A stretch of DNA of 52,736 nucleotides from Vitrella brassicaformis CCMP3155. Its lineage: Eukaryota > Protista > Chromerida. The stretch lies in the NCBI GenBank assembly GCA_001179505.1, contig CDMY01000554.1, positions 1 through 52,736 on the forward strand, given 5' to 3'. Positions 1 to 10,033 of the stretch are shown piece by piece (within the stretch, counting starts at the first letter, position 1; each line of letters starts with the position of its first letter). The translations under genes and the position numbers were made by a program. Under the pieces are notes generated by a model. The model made no database searches. It was not told the DNA's origin and worked only from the letters and a program-made list of their open reading frames with translations.

Positions 1-126
1 CACACTTCCAGTCATCTGAGCCGAGCGCCTTCATCAGGGCCACAGACAGGGGCGAAGGGCATCGTGAGCACTTCGCAACATCATCCTTCATGTCTCACAC
101 CGCACAAAGCCGAGACAAACCATCAC

Positions 127-1663
127 TTACCCCTCTCCCTCCGAGTTCAGTCCCCCCCCTTGCTCCTCCAGCGCATCCTCAATCTCCTCGTCAAACCAAT
201 CGAACGGCAACTCACTGCACCCCTCCCTCCCATCTAGCCTAATTCCCACCCCTCTCAACAGCTGCCAATCAAAGGGCAACTCGGCCGTATCTGTCTGTGA
301 GTCTGATGCTCTTCTACAGACCAGCCTCATATCGATCCCATACAGGCGAGCTTCGTCCTCCACAGCCCGCGAGACGATGTCACGAAGAGCCAGGCGTCTG
401 ACCACCCTTATCACTCCAGTGTCGCGTCCGTCCTTTGACACCAGAGCGAAACACCGGCCATCGAGAACCTGGGAGCGCTGCTTTGTGGAGGTCTGTGAGG
501 CGGCCCATTCAGCGAAGTGTTCGATTGCCGTGGTAGTGCGCCACTCAAGTCGCCCCCTCCGCGTGAATGGGCGGATTGGGCCTGCTGCTGCCGAGATGGT
601 TGAATTGGCTTTCTGCATTGCAGCATCAGGAAAAGAGATCAGATAATCGCGGTAGACGGCCATAACCTCCTGCTGCGTCCCGTCCCTTGCCCTTGCGGGG
701 GGGTCAAGAGGAAAGTCTCAAAGGGAGGCGCCATGGTCGAGCAAGACGCGAATGCATCTGCGCGCCGAGGGAATCGACGATTTGTCCTTCCCCGCCTCCT
801 CGCGCCGACAGTCTGCAACCACCCGTCCGGCCTCTGCCAGGATGCGGCGATTTCGCGCGTGGTTGATGTGTCGCCCCATGCCGTGGTTGAGCATCCACGT
901 GAGCACCTCAGGGTCGGATGCGGTGACAGCGCATCGAATGATGTCTCCCAGCCCAAGGAATCGGGCAAAGCTCGGTCGAAGGCTGAGAACCTGGGGATCT
1001 CCAGCCATGAGCGCTTTGAAGAGAGGCAGGTCCATCTCGTCCAATGCATTCCATATGGGCTGGCCGAAGTTCACATCCGCTCCGGCGCTGACCAGCTCTT
1101 TGACCACGCAGGGCCTCGCCTTCTTGCTCGGCCACTCTTGCAGGACGCCCTCCATGCTGTTGACGGCCAGTTGGATGAGCGAGAAGAGGTGGGCACCATC
1201 GTCAAGAGAGGGGATCGTGACGATGGCGACGATAGCCCTCGGGTCTCCGCCCCATGTGTTTATGAGGTGGACGTATCTTCCTGGGGGGTTGATCTCTCGG
1301 GCGATGATGCTGTTGACGAGGCCGACAGTGGCAGCCATGTTCCTGTCTCGGCGGAACTTGATGCACTGGCAGAAAGGCTGCCGCCTGCGGGATCGTCCAA
1401 GTTGAACCACTTTATCACCATCAGTCGCCGGTTGGACAGGTGGGCTGGATACCCCTAGACACACACGAACGAGGCCGGGATGTGTTGCTTGTCCTTCTCC
1501 TCCCTCAGGAGGCCGGCAGTGAATGCTCACGTGGGGGAGGGAGGCTCCTGCTTGAGTAGGTTCGTTTCGTCGGTGGGCTTAGCCTCCGTCCGGGGTACCG
1601 TCTGGAGGTGCGGATGGGCCGGTTGGCGGGTGGCAAATTGGTCGATGACGTACTGTTTCCCAT
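127..1663 (-). pseudogene. Lineage-specific ankyrin-like family gene interrupted by one in-frame TGA (718-720); possible N-myristoylated start
   Basis: ORFs 718..1530 and 127..663 are in the same frame, separated only by TGA plus 18 sense codons (LLDHGASL*DFPLDPPARARDGTQQEVMAVYRDYL). Ankyrin-like motifs LVSAGADVN and LLDHGAS are present. Exon 1 (1663-1531, MGNSTSS...) joins in phase through a gtgagc...ctag intron (1530-1455). A gtaagt donor near 131 suggests the gene continues leftward. Confidence 0.65.
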
Positions 1664-2057
1664 TCTTCTCCGTTCGCTCCCCTTCACTCCACGTGGGGGT
1701 GAGCCCCACCGACAGTAATTCGTCTCTCTTTTAACGACAAGGTAGACCTTAGATCTCCCGCTTCGTCGTTGAGTATGTACGTGTCTGGAGGACGGCTGGA
1801 GTGGAGAGCTCCTTCTCTGCACGCTCACAAGCTCGCAAATTCTCGGCATTCATGTGGAGCGTGCGTGGGTGATTCCTGTTGCGTGTCGTCGTTTGATTGT
1901 GCGTGAGACATGGGACTTGGCCGTCAGGCCGCTTAGGACATTTCGTGAAACCGCTCTCTCTCGGCATTCTGTGTGGGGTCGTGTGGACGAAAAGGTTACC
2001 GGCTGTGTAGAAGCAGCGTTGCCGGCTGGAGAAGCCTCTTGGTCGACCTTTTTTCTC

Positions 2058-2862
2058 ATGGATGACATCACCGAACCGGATGCGCCGCGCCTGAAGGACC
2101 TGCACCCGCTGGACAAGCAGCGAGTGGGCCAGCTCATCAAGCGGCTTTCTGAGGAGCGGCGGCAGCGGCAATCGGCCGAAACGCAAGTCAGCAGCCTGCG
2201 CGCCAAGCACAGCCAGGTCATTGCAGAGGCCTCCAGCCTCCGCGACAAGTTCCAGCAGTCCCTGGAGCTGCTCAAAACCTACCAGAGCCGCCTCGACACC
2301 TCCAAGAAGCGCTCCGATGAATCAGCGGCGATGGGATCCTCCGCTCCAGCTCCATCGCGAGTGCATGCCTGTGTCAGTCCGATAAGGCCCTCGCCATCCG
2401 CCCCTGGCTCGATGCATTCCCTCTCGCCCAAGCAGTGGATAGAGTCGCCATCCCCCTATCGCCCGAGGGCGCCGCACTCGTCACCTGACCATCACCCGCA
2501 GCCCAACCGTGACACCTCAGAGAGCCCCTCACCCATCCCACCACACAAGAAGACCGCTTTGAAGACGAGCGTCGTCAAGGGTGCCGACCACACGCGAGAG
2601 AAGGAGAGGGAGAGGGTGCCGGCGACGCTGACGAAGGAGCATTTGGGCCTGCTGAAGCGATATATGAAGATCCAGCGGCGGCAGAGGAGGGGTAGAGACC
2701 GTGGTGATGCGGATGACGACGTGTCGGAGGGCAGTGACGATGACAGGGCGCTGGCGTGTGTGGCGGAAGAAGCAGAAGAGGAGACGAGGGAGAGGGAGAG
2801 GGGGAGGGAGCAGGGGAGGCGGGAGCCATCACGGCCGCGATCAAGCATCGTCAGGAGAGTGC
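2058..2862 (+). CDS. Hinderin/KIAA1328-like coiled-coil protein, copy 1 (3' end runs into the gap)
   Basis: MDDITEPDAPRLKDLHPLDKQRVGQLIKRL...ELLKTYQSRL matches the hinderin pattern LKDLxxxDKxRxxxLIKxL...ELLxxYQxxL, recalled from human KIAA1328. A Ser/Pro-rich and charged disordered region follows. ATG at 2058. Confidence 0.7.
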
Positions 2863-3162
2863 NNNNNNNNNNNNNNNNNNNNNNNNNNNNNNNNNNNNNN
2901 NNNNNNNNNNNNNNNNNNNNNNNNNNNNNNNNNNNNNNNNNNNNNNNNNNNNNNNNNNNNNNNNNNNNNNNNNNNNNNNNNNNNNNNNNNNNNNNNNNNN
3001 NNNNNNNNNNNNNNNNNNNNNNNNNNNNNNNNNNNNNNNNNNNNNNNNNNNNNNNNNNNNNNNNNNNNNNNNNNNNNNNNNNNNNNNNNNNNNNNNNNNN
3101 NNNNNNNNNNNNNNNNNNNNNNNNNNNNNNNNNNNNNNNNNNNNNNNNNNNNNNNNNNNNNN
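2863..3162. other. Assembly gap (exactly 300 N, placeholder length)
   Basis: 300 N; the gap at 16286-16585 has the same length. Confidence 0.99.
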
Positions 3163-3546
3163 TCGCTCCCCTTCACTCCACGTGGGGGTGAGCCCCACCG
3201 ACAGTAATTCGTCTCTCTTTTAACGACAAGGTAGACCTTAGATCTCCCGCTTCGTCGTTGAGTATGTACGTGTCTGGAGGACGGCTGGAGTGGAGAGCTC
3301 CTTCTCTGCACGCTCACAAGCTCGCAAATTCTCGGCATTCATGTGGAGCGTGCGTGGGTGATTCCTGTTGCGTGTCGTCGTTTGATTGTGCGTGAGACAT
3401 GGGACTTGGCCGTCAGGCCGCTTAGGACATTTCGTGAAACCGCTCTCTCTCGGCATTCTGTGTGGGGTCGTGTGGACGAAAAGGTTACCGGCTGTGTAGA
3501 AGCAGCGTTGCCGGCTGGAGAAGCCTCTTGGTCGACCTTTTTTCTC

Positions 3547-4521
3547 ATGGATGACATCACCGAACCGGATGCGCCGCGCCTGAAGGACCTGCACCCGCTG
3601 GACAAGCAGCGAGTGGGCCAGCTCATCAAGCGGCTTTCTGAGGAGCGGCGGCAGCGGCAATCGGCCGAAACGCAAGTCAGCAGCCTGCGCGCCAAGCACA
3701 GCCAGGTCATTGCAGAGGCCTCCAGCCTCCGCGACAAGTTCCAGCAGTCCCTGGAGCTGCTCAAAACCTACCAGAGCCGCCTCGACACCTCCAAGAAGCG
3801 CTCCGATGAATCAGCGGCGATGGGATCCTCCGCTCCAGCTCCATCGCGAGTGCATGCCTGTGTCAGTCCGATAAGGCCCTCGCCATCCGCCCCTGGCTCG
3901 ATGCATTCCCTCTCGCCCAAGCAGTGGATAGAGTCGCCATCCCCCTATCGCCCGAGGGCGCCGCACTCGTCACCTGACCATCACCCGCAGCCCAACCGTG
4001 ACACCTCAGAGGGCCCCTCGCCCATCCCACCACACAAGAAGACCGCTTTGAAGACGAGCATCCTCAAGGGTGCCGACCACCCGCGAGAGAAGGAGAGGGA
4101 GAGGGTGCCGGCGACGCTGACGAAGGAGCACTTGGGCCTGCTGAAGCGTCATATGAAGATACAGCGGCGGCAGAGGAGGGGTAGAGACCGTGGTGATGCG
4201 GATGGCGACGTGTCGGAGGGCAGTGACGATGACAGGGCGCTGGCGTGTGTGGTGGAAGAAGCAGAAGAGGAGACGAGGGAGAGGGAGAGGGAGGAGGGGA
4301 GGCGGGAGCCATCACGGCCGCGATCAAGCATCGTCAGGAGGCCACTGTATGCTCTATTATCAGCTCCCCACCCTCGTCACCTCTGCCAGCCCCGATTTCC
4401 CTCATGCCGCATTCGACCCCGCCGACCCGCCCACACAGCTGGACGGCGGGACGTACCCCAACTACACGTCCATTGTGGCCTTCGAGCTGTTCCTCTGGCT
4501 GGCAAATATCCACATCAATAG
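3547..4521 (+). CDS. Hinderin-like protein, copy 2; truncated or chimeric after 4340
   Basis: Same N-terminus as copy 1. The sequence diverges from copy 1 at 4341 and reads out of frame into an unrelated gene fragment until a stop at 4521. Confidence 0.55.
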   Translation: MDDITEPDAPRLKDLHPLDKQRVGQLIKRLSEERRQRQSAETQVSSLRAKHSQVIAEASSLRDKFQQSLELLKTYQSRLDTSKKRSDESAAMGSSAPAPSRVHACVSPIRPSPSAPGSMHSLSPKQWIESPSPYRPRAPHSSPDHHPQPNRDTSEGPSPIPPHKKTALKTSILKGADHPREKERERVPATLTKEHLGLLKRHMKIQRRQRRGRDRGDADGDVSEGSDDDRALACVVEEAEEETREREREEGRREPSRPRSSIVRRPLYALLSAPHPRHLCQPRFPSCRIRPRRPAHTAGRRDVPQLHVHCGLRAVPLAGKYPHQ

Positions 4522-4850
4522 CATCAGATGCTGCACACCAGCGTGTGGGTGAGCTGCTGGCGGCCCCTCAGAGCGGTGCGGCACAGTGGGAGGCGGCCGT
4601 ATTTGACAGCAAGGTAATGGAGGATGGACGGCGTTACCGGGGGATGGTGCTGGGCAGTGAGGCGATGGGCGAGAGACAGGCGGCAGCTATTCTGCTGACA
4701 GCTGAATTCATGGGGGAGAGGGATTATCGTTCTGTGAACATCTACACGACCGAGTCGGCCCCCCACGACCAGACGCGCACTGTGGTGATGAGAGTGCTGG
4801 GGGATCAGCTGGGGGGCAAGGTGTGGCGAAGGGAGCACGAGTTTCTATAA
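4341..4850 (+). pseudogene. Frameshifted 3' fragment of a lineage-expanded hypothetical protein family
   Basis: LPTLVTSASPDFPHAAFDPADPPTQLDGGTYPNYTSIVAFELFLWL is in one frame; AAHQRVGELLAAP...VNIYTTESAP...VMRVLGDQLGGKVW is in another. The shift falls near 4500-4525. There is no start of its own. Family resemblance is from memory of Vitrella proteins. Confidence 0.55.
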
Positions 4851-6052
4851 CCGTAAATGGGTGGCATAGGGTAGTTGAGACTACGATTGCTTGAGGATGA
4901 GACAGACAGACAGGCAGGCAGGCAGACAGACCGACAGCCAAGCAACAAGTGTCCCTCTGTCTGTCTCTGCCTGTCTGCGACGCGCTTGTTGTGTGTACTG
5001 GACGGTTTATGGCATGTGTGAGTCTAACGTATGGCGTGACCTGCGTGCTCATCGCGTGTGCCTTGTCTGACTGAGTGTATCCAACCAGTGGCTTCAACTC
5101 TTTCACGCATTGGGTTGAAACGACAATCGCATGTCTTGTCTTTGCGGTGGGACAAGGCTGATGTTTTCCCGCCGGCTTAGCTCTACTGTGGGTGTGTGTT
5201 GTGAATGAATAGAGAGTAACTCAAATGTCTGCAGTCATGCTAGCAACGCATAAGTCGATCGACTGTATCGGCGCAACCTGACAAACACTGTCATCAGGCC
5301 AGGCCTGACGCAGCTGCGTATACCTTTCCACTCACCCGCCGCACTGCACCCACCCAGTGACAAACAAGCGCATTCACTTGTCTTTCTGCGCGTCTCACAC
5401 GACGGAGTGCGTCCATCCCTCCCTGCCATATCGAAATTGGCCGAAAGTGCCGTCGGGGAGCGAGTCTGCGAGCACGCTGGACCCAGGCGATCTCGGCAGA
5501 CAACGGTCCATCTGTGAGGTGCACACAGAGATCTCGATAGAGACAAGAATGGAAAACTCGAAGATATGACCCTGCTGCCCGTTCGAGTTGGCGAGACACA
5601 AGATGCATGGGTTTGCGTGAGCATGAACGTGTGACGGCCAGGCGAAGAGACATGCAACATCCCATGGCTGTCCACACAGACACACGCACTCACACACACT
5701 CACACACAGACAGACAGACAGACAGACACCGCACACAAAGCTCAACCACGACACACAAAGACACGAGACACGACGCATTGCCAAGAGTCCTTACTCTTGT
5801 TCTCATCACACGCACGTGAACACAAAATACATAAACGTAGCCAGGATGGCTGATGGCAAAAAAGCCCCTTCCACAAAATCCAACAGCAATGATTGACACA
5901 GACAGCAGACAGACAGACAGCAAAAAGGCTATGATTGACTAATTGTGTACGACATTAATTGGATGACACGTTGGGAAACCGAGACACGCCGTGTGTGGAC
6001 ACCTTCATCCACGCATCAACTCGAGCGACAGGAAGCGCGGCACACCTGGCGT

Positions 6053-9000
6053 CTAGCTGCCTCCGTATTCATCTTCTTCTCTCAGAGTAGTACTGTAGAC
6101 GGACACGAGGCCAGCCCCCGTGGCCTGTGTGTGGGCCATATGCTCCAGCAGGACCTCCTCCCTCCTGTCGTTTGGCCGGCGCACCGCGTCGAATGCCTCC
6201 CTGCGTAAGCGGTCTTCATCGTAGTCGTCGTCAGATCCGGTGGCGATGGTGACAAGGGTCTCCAGCTCCTCGAATGCTGCTGAGCCGTTGACAAATCCAT
6301 AGCCTGGAGGGACACAGGAAGGAAGACAGACAGAGAGAGACAGAGAGAGACACAGACGTCTGTCTGTCTGTCTGTGTCCGGCCCACCCGTCTTGAAGTCG
6401 AATTTCTCATCAAAATGGGCGGTCGACTCATCTGTAGTTCAGGCAGGCAGTACGCAGCACGACACACGCAATTAAGACAACGCAGATGCCCCCTTCCAGT
6501 TCGTTATCGCGCGCGGCTGCGTACTGTACCATCCATATCCTGTGCCTGCAAACAACACACACGCAGATATACCCACCCAAGCCCACTGCACCAGCCGTTT
6601 AAGCTCACCGTGTCCGCCAGCAGCTTCTTTATCTGATCCGGCGTGAGGTCTTTATTGTAGTCCTTGATGAGGGCCGCCAAGGCCGCCACGTGGGGCGCCG
6701 AAGCCGACGTGCCAAAGAAGTTGGGGAGTCCTGATCAGGCCCAGCAGCGGCCGCAGCATCCCATGCACGGTCGTGTGTCCTCCTCTCTATTCGACCGTGT
6801 ACTGCCTCACTGCCTCACTCACCGTCGCCTTCTCTGTCTCTTTCTGGGGTCATGTACTCGCGAGGCGGAAACAGGTTGGTGTTGGCACCATCTGCAGACA
6901 TGCATAATGTACATACAACATACACAGAACAAGACAGACAGACAGACAGACAGACAGGGGCAATGAATGCAGTGTGGTGCGGTGCATTCACCACCTACCT
7001 GGTCCGCAGACGTAAGGACTCTCACGTATCTGAGGGATTGCCTTCCGCGTACCGTCCGGGTCAAAAAAGATGGGCGCACCGCCTGCATCATTGAGGGACA
7101 ACAAGCCCTTCATAGACGTGTATCTGCATGTCATGTGAAAAGGATGGCGACCACCCCACCCCGCCCAGCCCACCTTGAGAGCTGTACCAGTTGACCTTTG
7201 TGACCTCAAACTTGCCGAACGCCGTTGTGTTTTGGTATTCAGCCGCACACACGCCACACCCACCGTTCGCGTTCGAGTGCCTGCATTGCATTGCATGTGT
7301 TGACCGGGCCAGTGGAATGCACTCTCGTGCTGTCGGTCTGTTGCCCATTTGCGTGTTGTACCCGTATTCGGACGGTCCAAAAATGAAGTCGTTGTCACGG
7401 CTGACACCGAAGTAGACGAGCATTATGAAGTTGGGATCCGCCTTCACCGCGTCACCACTGAGAGCAATGAATATGTTGTTTGCACACAGATTTCAATGTC
7501 TGTGATGGGCGCGGCGCCGCTGCTCACGGTGTCTTGTGGGCAACTTTGCCGAGGCGGAGAAGGAAGGTCTCGTATGGCCCTTCATTCTGACCGATCAGAC
7601 ATACCAAGTGCATTTGTGCACTCCGTATCTTCCCCTCCCCTCCGCCTGTGTCTTGCCGTGAATATGAGACTCTCAATGGGGTCACCGTTGCCTCCTGACG
7701 TGCTGTACTCGAGGATCTGCGTGCCGTTCCTGTGCCCGTATACCACACGCCATATACAGTGTCACTTACTCTGGAAGCGTCGGCCACTCACTCGTCGTAT
7801 AGAAACATGTCGATGTCGGCTTCAGCTCCTGTGCCGTTCTCTGACACACAGACAGACAGACAGACAGACAGAATGCAGCCATCTGTCTCTCTGTCGGCTA
7901 CCTGTGATAGAGAAGTACTACAGACAGAAAGGACAATAAGCCAAACAACGAGGGCACGACACACACCAGAATGCAGACACAGCACAGCACAGCAGAGGAG
8001 AGGTTTCATCTGCTCACGTCTTGGTCGTAGTTCATGACGATGATGGCTGTGCTGTTGACGCTGATGTTGACCGGCAGGTACGTGGCGTCGGTGGCATTGA
8101 AAATGTGAAACTGGTAGCTGGACTCAACTGTTGACACACAACACAGTGTCTCACACACATCATGTCATGATGTGGTGTCTGCCTGTGTGTCGTGTTGGGT
8201 CGCGTGCCTACAGATGCCTTTGTATATTGTTTCGGGCTCTGGGTCCTTGTTGAATATCTCGAAAGTGCCGCTCTCTGCGTTGTTGCCGCAGGCAGAAAAG
8301 TAGCTCTTGTTCATCGCATGCACCTCGTCAATGGCCTGAGCGATTGCCTGCATTCGCACATGAATTCGCACGATGTGTGTCGTGTTGTGGGTGTGCGGTG
8401 ATCGATCACTCACCCCATCGGCGAACATGGGCTCGCTGTAGTAGATCACATCGTCCACCACCACTTCGCACTGATTGGCCAGAGCCAAAATGCCTGCCAA
8501 CAAACACACACGCGAGGGCGCCGAAGTGGCCATCCAGCCGCAAGTGTGTCACCGCGGTCATAGCATACCATTCGCGAATCCCGCCTGCCCCCCAAATGCT
8601 GTGTGAAAGGCGAACGCTTTCAAGCCAGGGGCCACATCATACCTGTGCAGTAAGGAAACAAGCGACAGGGGTGCCGGCTCTCTCTCTGGGTGTGTCTTGA
8701 TGGGGGTGCTGTGCTGCACTGTACATTAGCTCCATCATTCCCATGCCCTCGTCATTCGCGCCAGAATCAGCCGGCAGATCTTCCAGCACCTCGATCTGCT
8801 CCGGCAGGTCGCCCAGCTCTTTCAGCAGGCCCGCGTTAGTGCCATTGTTCCGGACGTTGTAGGAATCAGACAGCACCCCGATACACGCCAGGGTCGACCC
8901 GCTGACCCCATACTTCTCCCGCACAGTATCGGTCTGCATCGAGATGTCGCCTTGAGACGTGGTGTTGCCCACCAGCATTCGTGTGGTCATGTCCATGGGT

Positions 9001-9755
9001 AGCAGCTCCTGGCTGCTCCGGCTGCTTGGCCCTGGCGGAATGACGCGCATCTGTGCGGCACGAAGAACGCGGATTCCTGGAATGCTGGACACGTAGGCGA
9101 TCTTGTCGAATGGTAGCCTCGCCGACATGACCTTTTTGAACTGTTTGATGCCCGTGAGCCCCAACGACGTAAGCTTCATGGTAAGGCCGTCGACGCCGCT
9201 CCATCCTAACCGCGACTCGTCGATGGCCATGTCGACAACGATGCCGTCGGTGGACAGTTGCGTTGCCGTGTCGCGGGCAAACCTCCGCAGCTTGCCCTCA
9301 TCGCGAAAGACACCCCGCCAGTGCTGGAAAGACCGGCCGAGAGGCAGTCGCATGTGGTCGCTGCTGAATGGGTCGTCTCGTGCGAGTGCGGCCGACACGC
9401 CCTGTCGGCGTAGGTCGAACAGCCGCTGCTCGATGTGTAGGAAGTGCAGCTGATAGAGCAGCGTGTCGAGCTGTACGTTTTCGGGCTTGAAGAGCCGCCG
9501 AGCGGTGTCGGGGATGGACTTGACCAAGTGCGCATATGACCTGTCCACATCACCTGGACCACACCAAGCAAATCATCTGCCTCCTTGCGGTCTTGGCAGC
9601 CGTCCCTGCTCACTTGGCTCATCTCGGTCTGTGTCCTTGGCTCTCCCGCCGATGTTGCGCTCGATGTACAGATCTGTCAAGACGTCCTGCGCCTCGCTTT
9701 GTGGGATGAGAAGTGCAGCGAGGGACAGGAGCAGGGAGGCGCAGCCGAGCCACAT
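6053..9755 (-). CDS. Secreted subtilase-like serine peptidase, bacterial-type S8/S53-like subfamily, multi-exon
   Basis: Signal peptide MWLGCASLLLSLAALLIPQSEA. Motifs appear in the expected order: IGVLSDS, GDLPEQIEVLEDL, NDEGMGMMEL, VVVDDVIYYSEPMFADG, IAQAIDEV..SYFSACGN, PNFFGTSASAPHVAALAAL (Ser region 6705-6713), AQDMD...FDFKTGYGFVNG. Phase-compatible GT-AG introns where checked; stop TAG at 6053-6055. Confidence 0.9.
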
Positions 9756-10033
9756 CTCACCGGGACGGTCACTCCTCTTGATGCAGCTCAGGGAAGCGTT
9801 GCGGCTGGCGCGCCGTACTGATCACCAAGCTGGACCTGAGCACATCTTGCTGGACGTGCTCTCTCCTCAGACACATGACGAAAATAGACGCTCAAGGTAT
9901 GTCATATTATTTCAGACTGGTAGAAGGGGAGAGCACCAAAGAGGCACGTTCAAAGCCGCGCAAAGGAGCAAGGCGTTTCCCTCGCAAACAGCTGCAGCTG
10001 ATCCCTGCCCTCCTCTGTCCCCATCCGCAGAGG

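Larger units (their letters stand above)
1674..4340 (+). repeat. Direct near-duplication of about 1.18 kb (1674-2857 vs 3163-4340, offset 1489) spanning an assembly gap
   Basis: ORF translations are identical for the first ~850 bp (e.g. 1749..2210 = 3238..3699). About 11 substitutions and a 6-bp indel cluster in the last ~340 bp. Homology ends at ...tcaggag (2857/4340). Confidence 0.95.

Noticed and set aside
5283-5800. Possible small gene between the 4850 stop and the peptidase 3' end
   Set aside because: Short ORFs run through microsatellites; no consistent splice model or protein motif could be built.
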